DNA of 64,000 nucleotides from Oscillospiraceae bacterium (GCA_015064185.1 SVSS01000001.1:4910-68909); one strand, 5' to 3'. Positions 38,349 through 46,926 are shown, counted from the stretch's first letter. Program-made: numbers and translations. Notes: generated by a model from the letters alone, not told the origin.

Positions 38349-38777
38349 TTATCCTTGAGCACCGAGGTAGAGCGTGAAAGGAACATGGTCCACAGTCACG
38401 GTGAAGTTAACCTCATCGATAACGATAGGCATAGTCTTTGTTTGGGTTGCACCGGCTGCATCTACCCAAGTAAGAGTGATGTTGCCACGCGTAATGCCGT
38501 TATCCTTGTCTGCCTTGCGTGCTTCCTTGTCCTCAGGCTTGATTACTTCGATCTCGTACTCACCGGTATAAGAAAGAGCATCTTGCTTTACGTAACTAAT
38601 GTAGGTGTTGTAGGAAAAGGTCTTGCCGTCAAAGGTGTAGCCTTCATAGCAACCGGTCAGACCGGGATCGCCTATAACGTATTCACCGGTTTCTACCTTT
38701 TTGGCACAAGAAGCAAGCGAAAAACAAAGCATGATTGCAATCAAAGTAAGGGATAAAACACGAGTAAAGACTTTCAT
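38349..38777 (-). CDS. small lipoprotein (paralog B), unknown function
   Basis: MKVFTRVLSLTLIAIMLCFSLASCAK signal peptide and lipobox. GGAGG precedes the ATG at 38777. The longer ORF-track form would run into cysS. Confidence 0.7.
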   Translation of the reverse strand: MKVFTRVLSLTLIAIMLCFSLASCAKKVETGEYVIGDPGLTGCYEGYTFDGKTFSYNTYISYVKQDALSYTGEYEIEVIKPEDKEARKADKDNGITRGNITLTWVDAAGATQTKTMPIVIDEVNFTVTVDHVPFTLYLGAQG

Positions 38778-38910
38778 AAGTATGTCCTCCGTTATAGTTT
38801 TATGGATAGGTACAGTATAGCATGTGTTGCAAAAAAATGCAATAGTTTTTTGGGATTTTGTGTATTTGTACAAAAAGAGCAGGGGGAATATGGTTACTTT
38901 GCAAATTATA

Positions 38911-40362
38911 TCAAGCCTTTTTTGCCCAAGTTGTTCCACTGGATGTATCCGTCAGTACAATGCCTTTTTCCAAAAGCTCTTGGCGGATGCGATCGGCCTC
39001 GGCATAGTTCTTTGCCTTCTTTGCGGCGGCGCGTGCATCGATCGCTTCTTCAATGGCGCGGATCTCCGGGTCGTCAGAGTAGGTGCGAACGGCAGCCTTA
39101 GCAGCTTCCTCGGCCTTTTGCTTTGCCAACGCATCTGCCGCATCAAGCAGATTAAGCGCCAAAACGGTATCAAAATCCTTAATTGCCGCACGCTTGGTGG
39201 CGGTGTTTGCGGTGGATTTTAATACATTATAAAGTGCTGTGATCGCAAGCGAGGTGTTAAGGTCATTGTCAAGCGCTTCTCTGAATTTTGCCTTAAGTGC
39301 ATCCAAGGCATCTTGATCGATCTCCTCGCCCTCTACTACCTTCAGAGCCGCAATGCGCGCAATCAGCTTGTTGTAGGAAACAACTGCGTTATCAAGATTT
39401 TCAAAGGAAAAGACCAAGGATCTGCGATAATGCGAGCCAAGGCAGAAGAAGCGGTAAGCAAGCGGATCGTAGCCCTTGCTTTCAAGCAAGGATACGGTAA
39501 GAAATTCGCCCTTGGATTTTGACATTTTGCCGCTGTCTGTGTTCAGGTGAAGCACGTGCATCCAATAGTTGCACCACTTGTGACCGAGATATGCCTCGCT
39601 TTGTGCAATTTCGTTGGTGTGGTGGGGGAAGGCGTTGTCAATGCCGCCGCAGTGGATATCAAGGCGCTCGCCAAGATGCTTCATGGCAATGCAGGAGCAC
39701 TCAATATGCCAGCCGGGATAGCCGATGCCCCAAGGGCTGTCCCACTTGAGCTCCTGATCCTCGAATTTGGATTTGGTAAACCAAAGTACGAAATCAGCCT
39801 TGTTGCGCTTGTTGCTATCCTCCTCAACGCCCTCTCGAACGCCTACGGCAAGATCCTCAGAGGTAAAGTCGTTGAAAATATAGTATTGCGAAAGTTTAGA
39901 GGTGTCAAAATAGATGTTGCCGCCTGCCTCGTAGGCAAAGCCCTTTTCGATCAATGCCTCGATCACGCGGATGAAATCATCAACGCAAGCGGTGGCAGGA
40001 TCAATGATATCAGGGCGACGGATGTTGAGCTTTTCACAATCGGCGAAAAAGCAATCGGTATAATATTTGGCAATCTCCATTACCGTCTTCTTTTCGCGCT
40101 TGGCGCCCTTCAGCATTTTGTCCTCGCCGGTGTCACCGTCGCTTGAGAGGTGCCCCACGTCGGTAATATTCATCACACGTGTTACGTTATAGCCAACGTA
40201 ACGCATATAACGGTCAAGGATATCCTCCATGATATAGGTGCGCAGGTTGCCGATGTGTGCATAGTGATAAACCGTGGGACCGCAGGTGTAAATGCTTACC
40301 TTGCCGGGCTCATTGGGTACAAATTCTTCTCTTTTATGCGTCGCTGTGTTGTAAAGATACAT
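38911..40362 (-). CDS. cysS: cysteine--tRNA ligase
   Basis: The class I motifs HIGN (YHYAHIGN) and KMSKS, and the C-terminal DALR-like anticodon-binding domain. Confidence 0.95.
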   Translation of the reverse strand: MYLYNTATHKREEFVPNEPGKVSIYTCGPTVYHYAHIGNLRTYIMEDILDRYMRYVGYNVTRVMNITDVGHLSSDGDTGEDKMLKGAKREKKTVMEIAKYYTDCFFADCEKLNIRRPDIIDPATACVDDFIRVIEALIEKGFAYEAGGNIYFDTSKLSQYYIFNDFTSEDLAVGVREGVEEDSNKRNKADFVLWFTKSKFEDQELKWDSPWGIGYPGWHIECSCIAMKHLGERLDIHCGGIDNAFPHHTNEIAQSEAYLGHKWCNYWMHVLHLNTDSGKMSKSKGEFLTVSLLESKGYDPLAYRFFCLGSHYRRSLVFSFENLDNAVVSYNKLIARIAALKVVEGEEIDQDALDALKAKFREALDNDLNTSLAITALYNVLKSTANTATKRAAIKDFDTVLALNLLDAADALAKQKAEEAAKAAVRTYSDDPEIRAIEEAIDARAAAKKAKNYAEADRIRQELLEKGIVLTDTSSGTTWAKKA

Positions 40363-40365
40363 AGA

Positions 40366-41160
40366 TTACTCCTTTGCGGTTTTCTTTGCTTTTTTCGGGG
40401 CGGACTCTGCCTTTGCGTCGGGCGTGAGAGCCTTTTCCAGCTTTAGAAGACGTCGGCGCAGCTTTTCGCTTTCGGCACGTAGCGCCGTGAGCTCCTCTTT
40501 AATAGGATCGGGAATGTGGATCTGGTCAAGGTCGTTGGCAATGCGCACACCCCCAACGCTTACCACGCGTGCGGGGATACCCACGGCGGTGCTGTCTGAG
40601 GGAATGTCGTGTAAAGCCACAGCGCCTGCGGCAATTTTGGCGTTGTCACCGATCGTAAGAGGTCCTAAGACCTTAGCACCCGCACCGATCATGACGTTGT
40701 CGCCAAGTGTGGGGTGACGCTTGCCCACGTTTTTACCTGTGCCGCCAAGTGTTACGCCCTGATAAATGGTGCAGTTGTCACCGATCTCGGCAGTTTCACC
40801 GATCACAACGCCCGCGCCGTGGTCGATCACAAGCCCACGGCCGATGGTGGCGCCCGGGTGGATTTCAATGCCCGTAACAAACTTTGCTCCTTGGCTGATC
40901 AGTCTTGCGGTAAAGGTGTGACCTTTTTTATAGAGCTTGTGCGAAACACGGTGCGCCGTGCGCGCGTGCAGACCTGAATAGAGCAAAAGGATCTCGGCAT
41001 TGCTCGTGGCGGCGGGGTCGCGTTGACGGAAGGCTTCCACGTCATAGCGGACCTCATCGATAAAGTCGCGCCCGCCGCGATACGCGTCCTTGGCTACCTT
41101 GCGTAGCGTATCACCAAGAATCGCAGCGCCTTCTGCAATCTTCTCATAATCAATATTCAT
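40366..41160 (-). CDS. cysE: serine O-acetyltransferase (with a C-terminal coiled-coil/Lys-rich extension of about 55 aa)
   Basis: Left-handed beta-helix hexapeptide repeats (GIEIHPGATIG, GVVIGETAEIG, TLGGTG). The start is at MNIDYEK, downstream of the T-box terminator. Confidence 0.9.
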   Translation of the reverse strand: MNIDYEKIAEGAAILGDTLRKVAKDAYRGGRDFIDEVRYDVEAFRQRDPAATSNAEILLLYSGLHARTAHRVSHKLYKKGHTFTARLISQGAKFVTGIEIHPGATIGRGLVIDHGAGVVIGETAEIGDNCTIYQGVTLGGTGKNVGKRHPTLGDNVMIGAGAKVLGPLTIGDNAKIAAGAVALHDIPSDSTAVGIPARVVSVGGVRIANDLDQIHIPDPIKEELTALRAESEKLRRRLLKLEKALTPDAKAESAPKKAKKTAKE

Positions 41161-41195
41161 ACAAAAACCTCTCAACTTTTTTAGGGTTGTTTTTA

Positions 41196-41446
41196 ATAAA
41201 AAACACCCCTGTACCAACCGGTACAGAGGCGGCATGAACCGCGGTTCCACTCTGCTTTGGGTTTCCCCCTTACCGCCCGAATGCCGAACGGTTCTCCCTT
41301 AACGCGGGCTACGGCAACGGCTAACGCAAAAAGCGCTCACCGCCACATCTCACGGGTGCACATCTCCCACCTTCCCGTATGCTGCTTACAGCCAAGGCAG
41401 CACTCTCTTAACAGGTCCGCGGGCCTTTTCCCGATCCTAGATCTTT
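41196..41446 (-). promoter_or_regulatory. T-box leader (tRNA-Cys-responsive) controlling cysE-cysS
   Basis: On the minus strand there is an AGAGA stem-I element and a specifier-loop candidate GAUG-UGC-A (the UGC Cys codon is plus-strand 41358-41360). The T-box sequence AGCAGAGUGGAACCGCGG follows, then the terminator CCUCUGUACC-GGUU-GGUACAGGGG plus UUUUUU (41196-41229). Confidence 0.85.
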
Positions 41447-41452
41447 CTATAT

Positions 41453-41481
41453 ATTATACACAAGAAACGAGAATTTGTAAA
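41453..41481 (-). promoter_or_regulatory. candidate sigma-A promoter for the T-box/cysES transcript (TTTACA-17-TATAAT)
   Basis: On the minus strand, TTTACA lies at 41481-41476 and TATAAT at 41458-41453. Confidence 0.55.
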
Positions 41482-41535
41482 CCCCTTTTCAAAAAATTAA
41501 ATACCCACTTTCTTGAACGGAAAAGAAAAGCAAAG

Positions 41536-41584
41536 AAAAAGCCGCTTTCCTGTGATAAATTACAGCAGAAAAAGCGGCTTTTTC
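41536..41584 (-). terminator. terminator after the nahK-like gene
   Basis: Stem AAAGCCGCTTT pairs with AAAGCGGCTTT around a 22-nt loop. T-rich sequence follows on the minus strand. Confidence 0.6.
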
Positions 41585-41594
41585 AGGCGGGAAT

Positions 41595-42671
41595 TTAAAG
41601 GTATTGATCAACGATCGATTGCAACAGGGGGTGTTTTTCTTCCATGTCTGCAACCAGCTTGAGCTGCGTGCGTGCGCGCTCAAGATTGTGCCCCTCGTGC
41701 TGAATGCGGAAATAAGTGTCACCTTGCAGGTGATCAGTCAGAAAACGGATGCCTTGCTCCAAGGTCAGAATGCGCGCACCCTCGGGCAGTGCCCGAAGCT
41801 CTTCTTTTGTGATGCGCTTTGAAAGGCTTGTCACAAAGCCCTTTGTGTAGGCTTCAAACATATCGACTCTTACAAACACCTTGTCAAGATCGGTCTCATC
41901 CTCTGTCGCGCTTGATGCACCAAAGCGTATGGCATCGCCAAAGTCATATAAGAGCGATCCCGGCATTACGGTGTCAAGATCGATCACACAAAGACCCTCT
42001 CCCGTGTTCTTATCCATGATGACATTATTTGGCTTTGTGTCGTTGTGCGTTACACGTAAGGGGAACAGCCCGCTTGCAAGACCGTCAACGATAAACGAGC
42101 AGTCCTTGCGGCGCGCACGGATAAACTCAATTTCTGCCGCACACGCAGCGGCGCGCCCGCAGATATCGGCGGCAACTGCTGCTTCAAATGCCTCATAACG
42201 TTTTTCTGTGTTATGAAAGTTGGGGATCGTCTCATGAAGAGTGGATATGTCGTAATCGGCCAATTGATTTTGGAAGTTGCCAAATGCCGCGCCTACACGT
42301 GTAAATAATGCGGGCGTGTCGCATTTATCATAACAAACTCCGTCAACATATTGATAGGCACGCCAATATTCGCCGTTTTTGTCGATATGATAGTAACGGT
42401 CGCCGCTTTTTATAAATTGCAGGGCGCTGTTTTGCACATCGCCGCCGCAAGCGGCAAGCTTGGCGCGAATATGGTCGGTAACGCCTACCACATTTTTCAT
42501 GATCGCAGCAGGATCCTTAAAGACACCTTTTTTGATTTTTTGCGCAATGTAGCGGCCACTTGCACACTTTACAAAAAATGTGCTGTTGATATGTCCTATC
42601 TTACATTCATCAATGGAGAGTATAGGTGAGTTAAAATCAAAAGCCGAAATAATTTTTTCTATATTCATCAT
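41595..42671 (-). CDS. nahK: N-acetylhexosamine 1-kinase-like phosphotransferase (APH/NahK family)
   Basis: The catalytic region LRVTHNDTKPNNVIMD, then DLDTVMPGSLLYDFGDAIRFGAS, and the C-terminal FL.D.L.GD.YF...H.L.R...Q..L. As I remember it, these closely follow Bifidobacterium NahK. The start is at MMNIEK; the TTG at 42764 is judged an artefact. Confidence 0.7.
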   Translation of the reverse strand: MMNIEKIISAFDFNSPILSIDECKIGHINSTFFVKCASGRYIAQKIKKGVFKDPAAIMKNVVGVTDHIRAKLAACGGDVQNSALQFIKSGDRYYHIDKNGEYWRAYQYVDGVCYDKCDTPALFTRVGAAFGNFQNQLADYDISTLHETIPNFHNTEKRYEAFEAAVAADICGRAAACAAEIEFIRARRKDCSFIVDGLASGLFPLRVTHNDTKPNNVIMDKNTGEGLCVIDLDTVMPGSLLYDFGDAIRFGASSATEDETDLDKVFVRVDMFEAYTKGFVTSLSKRITKEELRALPEGARILTLEQGIRFLTDHLQGDTYFRIQHEGHNLERARTQLKLVADMEEKHPLLQSIVDQYL

Positions 42672-42760
42672 TAACAGATGGGAGATCGCACAAGTCACAC
42701 TCCCATTGCCTTTCCGATCGTAATCAAATATTAATAAAGTCCTTTTTGTGCGTGAGAAAA

Positions 42761-43480
42761 TCAATCAAGCACATCTGCGGTGCAAATTAGGGTCACGTCG
42801 GGGTGAAGGTTGAGCATCGTTGCGGGGAAGCTTGTATCGATGGTGCGCTCGAGCATGGCGGATACGGCATCCCTTTTAGAGGCGCCCGAAGCCATAATAA
42901 CGATCTTCTTTGCCTTGAAAATGGTGCCAATGCCCATGGTGAGCGCGCGGCGCGGCACGTCGTTTGCACTCGCAAAAAAGCGTGCATTTGCCTCGATCGT
43001 ATCCTCAGTAAGATCGGTTACGTGGGTGTCAAGCATCAGCTTGGTGTCGGGCTCGTTAAAGCCGATATGACCGTTTCTGCCAATGCCAAGGATCTGGATA
43101 TCGATGCCGCCAAGATCGGTTACGAGCTGCTCGTAGCGCTTGCATTCTGCAACGGGATCGGCAGCGGTGCCATCGGGCACGTTGGTGTTTGCCTTGTCAA
43201 TGTCAATGTGATCAAAGAGCTGGTGATTCATAAAGTAGCGGTAGCTCTGATCGTTGGCGGGATCAATAGGGTAGTATTCATCAAGATTTACAGAGGTCAC
43301 ATCTTTAAAGCTGAGCTCACCCTTTTTGCACATTTCAACAAGGGCAGCATACATGCCCTCGGGGGTAGAGCCTGTGGCAAGACCTAGCACGCAGCTCGGT
43401 TTTTCCTTAACCAGACTTGCGATCATTTGTGCGCCGTGCTGGGACATTTCCTCATAGTTTTTGCAAACGATAATGTTCAT
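42761..43480 (-). CDS. nagB: glucosamine-6-phosphate deaminase
   Basis: The motifs GLATGSTP, NLDEY and GIGRNGHIGFNEP. The start is at MNIIVCKNYEEM with a GAGG SD. Confidence 0.92.
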   Translation of the reverse strand: MNIIVCKNYEEMSQHGAQMIASLVKEKPSCVLGLATGSTPEGMYAALVEMCKKGELSFKDVTSVNLDEYYPIDPANDQSYRYFMNHQLFDHIDIDKANTNVPDGTAADPVAECKRYEQLVTDLGGIDIQILGIGRNGHIGFNEPDTKLMLDTHVTDLTEDTIEANARFFASANDVPRRALTMGIGTIFKAKKIVIMASGASKRDAVSAMLERTIDTSFPATMLNLHPDVTLICTADVLD

Positions 43481-43605
43481 AAATTGGTACCTCGTTTTAT
43501 TAAATTCGGCAAAGCCGTTTTTTGTCATTATATATTGTAACATAATATATGACGAAAGTCAACAAGATAGTTATCACATAATTTCTGCAATTTTTAAATA
43601 TCAAT

Positions 43606-43645
43606 CAAAAAAGAACTCAACCTAAAAAAGTTGAGTTCTTTTTTT
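43606..43645. terminator. bidirectional-looking terminator after the TPM gene
   Basis: 11-bp stem AAGAACTCAAC pairs with GTTGAGTTCTT, flanked by A-run and T-run. Confidence 0.75.
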
Positions 43646-43646
43646 G

Positions 43647-44456
43647 TTATCTGCCGCCGCGTCTGCCGCCTCCGCCACCACGGGATCCGCCACCACGGGA
43701 TCCGCCATTTGAGCTGCTTGACTGTATGCGCACACGTGTGACATAGCTGCCGACAAAACGGTCCTCGCGGTGCGTTAGATTCAGCTTTGCATAGCGGTCA
43801 AGCGGATATGTAATGCCATGCTGCTTTTTTCGATAGTAAAGCACCACGCCAAGCACGCTGCCACCGGCGCTTACAAGCCCGGCCACAGCCGCGATCAAAA
43901 CAACAACAAGCGGTTTGCGGCGTTCTTTTGCCTCAAGCGCCTTATAATGCCCGTCAATCTCGTCGGCACAAAGCGAAAAAAATGCTGCCGTGCCGTCCTT
44001 GATGTTGCCTGCCTTGAGGTTATCGTAAACAGCATCTGTATCCAATATACGGTTAACGTCATAATCCGAAAAAATCTCGGTTGCATTTCCGTAGGTGTAC
44101 ATATCGTAATAAAATTTGTTATTAGCACCCGTCATGCGTACAACGAGAACCACGGCATGTATTTTTTGCGGGCCCCAATCGGAAAAATCTAACAAGGTGT
44201 AAATTTCATTTTTAGTTAAATAGTCATCCGAATAGGCTGTTTGCATGGTGATAAGACAAAGCTTAATACCGTGAGTGTCAGTTTGTGCCGAAGGAGATAT
44301 GCTTTTTTTATCTTCTTCGCTCAGTATACCGAGTCGATCAACCACCTTTACCTCGGTGGACAGCGAAGTAGTTGTTACTTCTGCCGCAAGCAAGGAGATG
44401 GTGAAAGCTGTAGCAATGAGAGGGATGAGAAGGCATAATAAGAGTATTTTTTTCAT
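43647..44456 (-). CDS. TPM-domain (YdjH/YgcG-like) membrane protein with Gly/Arg-rich C-terminus
   Basis: Signal peptide, a TPM-like domain (VVDRLGILSEEDKKSI...), one C-terminal TM helix and the tail GGSRGGGSRGGGGGRRGGR. Confidence 0.7.
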   Translation of the reverse strand: MKKILLLCLLIPLIATAFTISLLAAEVTTTSLSTEVKVVDRLGILSEEDKKSISPSAQTDTHGIKLCLITMQTAYSDDYLTKNEIYTLLDFSDWGPQKIHAVVLVVRMTGANNKFYYDMYTYGNATEIFSDYDVNRILDTDAVYDNLKAGNIKDGTAAFFSLCADEIDGHYKALEAKERRKPLVVVLIAAVAGLVSAGGSVLGVVLYYRKKQHGITYPLDRYAKLNLTHREDRFVGSYVTRVRIQSSSSNGGSRGGGSRGGGGGRRGGR

Positions 44457-44468
44457 ACCGTTCCCCCC

Positions 44469-45560
44469 TTATTTAAACAAAAACAGCTTTAAAAGCGCGG
44501 CGAGAATGCCCGCCCCAATGCCAACAAGCGCCCCAAGGATCGCGAGCTTTTTGCCGCTGACGGGAAATCTGCCCCATACCTTCCCTGTGTAGCCGTTCAT
44601 GGCGTAGGTGTAGGTCTTGCCTTTGTGGCGGTAGGTCAGCAGCCAAATGGGCATCAGTGTGTAATCCCAATGCAGAACCTTTGTGAGCAGGCGCGGCGTG
44701 CTGGGAGAAACGGTTGCATAGCCGCTAATGGTACTGGAAAGCAAGGTGGTTGCGTAGCTTGTCATGCGGGCACGCACCGCCTCACGTACGGCCTCCTTTT
44801 CAATGTTGCGCTTTTTCGCAACAAAGCCCGAGAGATAGGGCATTGAAAATTCCTGCAGGGAATCCGAGGGGTAGGGCAGGATCCCGTCAAGCATCTCGCG
44901 GTCCTCCTCCGTGATCGCCGGCGTGACGATATCCTCAAAATGGATCTCGCCTGCGCGACGAATGTGGTAATTGGAGGTTTCGGTGTAGCGATAATCCCCT
45001 TGCCGCCAGGTGCGAACGCGGGTCGCGCGCGCGGTCATAGAGGCAGAAACATCTGCATCCGTGACCCAAAACGGGTAATAGATGCCGCAGATCTTATCTA
45101 CCTGCTCAGCAGACAAAAAATCTCGCGGCACAAAGCGCCGTTTGCCTGCAAACGCAAAAAACTTTTCTTGAGCGGCAGCTTTGTCAAATTGAAACGGGAT
45201 CACCTTGTGTGGCTTCATTTGCCCCGAAAGGCGGCCCGAAAAAAGAACGTAGCTATGGCAGTAGGGACAAACCGTTGCTGCCGTGGTTTCGTCTGCCATG
45301 ATCTCGGCACCGCACGAGGAACACATATAGGTGCGTATTTGGGAGCAAAATTCATTGTCGGGAATCTCGCTTTCCTCGGCTGCGCGCTCCGCCGCCTCGG
45401 AGGCGGCTTCCTCCGCTTTTCTTGCCGTTTCGGTGGCGTCAAGCTCCTCTTTTGTGAATTCCGAGCGGCAGTATTCACAAGAAAACTTGCCTGTGCCCGG
45501 ATCAAACGCAAGCGGTGCCGCGCAATTTGGGCATTGATATGTAACGGTTGCTTCTACCAT
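44469..45560 (-). CDS. double zinc-ribbon protein with C-terminal TM anchor (YdjG-like)
   Basis: Two CxxC...CxxC ribbons (CPNC..CEYC and CSSC..CPYC) separated by an acidic linker, with a C-terminal TM helix. The ATG at 45560 lies 6 nt after AAGGA. Confidence 0.65.
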   Translation of the reverse strand: MVEATVTYQCPNCAAPLAFDPGTGKFSCEYCRSEFTKEELDATETARKAEEAASEAAERAAEESEIPDNEFCSQIRTYMCSSCGAEIMADETTAATVCPYCHSYVLFSGRLSGQMKPHKVIPFQFDKAAAQEKFFAFAGKRRFVPRDFLSAEQVDKICGIYYPFWVTDADVSASMTARATRVRTWRQGDYRYTETSNYHIRRAGEIHFEDIVTPAITEEDREMLDGILPYPSDSLQEFSMPYLSGFVAKKRNIEKEAVREAVRARMTSYATTLLSSTISGYATVSPSTPRLLTKVLHWDYTLMPIWLLTYRHKGKTYTYAMNGYTGKVWGRFPVSGKKLAILGALVGIGAGILAALLKLFLFK

Positions 45561-45562
45561 GA

Positions 45563-46831
45563 TCAATCCTTTTTCTTGCCGCAGTTCTGACAGAATTTGC
45601 CGTCATTTTGTGTGCCGCACTCCGAGCAGAACCATTTATCCCCCGCAACGGGTGCTTTTTCACCGCATTCCGAGCAGAATTTGCCGCTTGCGCTGTTGCC
45701 GCACTTGGGGCAGATCCAGCCCGCGGCGGCACTGGGCTGCTTTGCGCCGCACTCAGAACAGAACTTTCCGTCATTCTGCGCGCCGCAGCTACAGGTCCAA
45801 CCGGCAGCCTTGGCAGCCTTTGCTGCCGCGTCGCGCTCCATTGCCGCGCGATTGGTTTCGGAAAAGGCACCAAAGCCGCCAGCCGCGTTCATGCCCATGC
45901 CCATGCCCATAAAGGTGGTGGCAGAGCCGCCGGGGTTGTTGCCTGCCGCTTCAAAGCCGCGTGCGATCGCGCCCTGTACATAGCCCTCACGTACGGCGGC
46001 ATCGCCAAGCATGGCGCCTTGGTTGCGCATGTTGATCAGCTTTTTCGACTCCTCATCGTAAGAAACACTGGCAATGCCGACCGAAAGCACCTCAAAGCCG
46101 CGCAGCGCCTTCCAATCCTTGTCAAGCTCGTTTGCCATGTAGCTTGAAAGCTCGCGGGATCTTGAGGCGACGTGCGAAATGCGAATGCCGTCTGCGGACA
46201 TGCGGTTGATCGCCGCCTGCAGCGCATCAAGGAATTCGGAAAGATATTGCTCGTTGATGTCGTCAATCTCCACCGCCTCGGCACTGCGCGGAATTGCCTC
46301 GGCATAGAATTTCAGCGGATCTGTGATCTTGATGGAATATGTACCGAAGGCGCGCAGGAACAATTCGGAATTATAAAAATTATCAAAATAATTTACAGGG
46401 TTGCGCGTGCCGAATTTAATGCCCTTGATCTCCTGCAGATTGATGAAAAATGCCTTTTGAGAGGAGGAGGGAACACCGCCGTATTTGATACGGCTAAAGG
46501 TTTCTGCAAGCGATTTGCCAAACTGACCCGCAAAAAGAGAGGGCATGGCACTGTTGTCTACCTTGTAATATCCCGGCTCAGCGGTGAAGTCTACTACCTT
46601 GCCGCCGTCAACCAAAATCATGAATTGATTGTCATATACATGAATGATAGAGCCGTTTGAAATCGTATCCTCTGTGCCTTTTTTGTTGCTGTTACGTTTA
46701 TCGTTTTTTCTAACCTTTACGCCCTTGCAAAAAACCGTGGTATCATGCATGGCTTCAGCTTCTATTACCTCCTGCCAGGTATCGGCAAGTCCGCCACCAA
46801 TGGCGGAAAGTGTTGCTTTGATAATGCCCAT
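45563..46831 (-). CDS. SPFH/band-7 family protein with three C-terminal zinc ribbons (COG4260, YdjI-like)
   Basis: MGIIKATLSAIGGGLADTWQEVIE N-terminus and an SPFH-like body of about 300 aa. The tail carries three copies of W.C..CG....GKFC..CG. AAGGAG lies 10 nt before the ATG. Confidence 0.8.
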   Translation of the reverse strand: MGIIKATLSAIGGGLADTWQEVIEAEAMHDTTVFCKGVKVRKNDKRNSNKKGTEDTISNGSIIHVYDNQFMILVDGGKVVDFTAEPGYYKVDNSAMPSLFAGQFGKSLAETFSRIKYGGVPSSSQKAFFINLQEIKGIKFGTRNPVNYFDNFYNSELFLRAFGTYSIKITDPLKFYAEAIPRSAEAVEIDDINEQYLSEFLDALQAAINRMSADGIRISHVASRSRELSSYMANELDKDWKALRGFEVLSVGIASVSYDEESKKLINMRNQGAMLGDAAVREGYVQGAIARGFEAAGNNPGGSATTFMGMGMGMNAAGGFGAFSETNRAAMERDAAAKAAKAAGWTCSCGAQNDGKFCSECGAKQPSAAAGWICPKCGNSASGKFCSECGEKAPVAGDKWFCSECGTQNDGKFCQNCGKKKD

Positions 46832-46869
46832 GATTCAATTACTCCTTATTTTAAATTATGAAACCGGTC

Positions 46870-46926
46870 AATAAAAATTATAAAATAGCAAAGCGGCGGC
46901 TTTGCGGCAAAACGCAAAGCCGCCGC
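46870..46926 (-). terminator. strong rho-independent terminator or attenuator about 40-95 nt upstream of the SPFH gene start
   Basis: On the minus strand, a perfect 14-bp stem GCGGCGGCUUUGCG-UUUUGC-CGCAAAGCCGCCGC (46926-46893) is followed by UUUGCUAUUUUAUAAUUUUUAUU. Confidence 0.8.
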
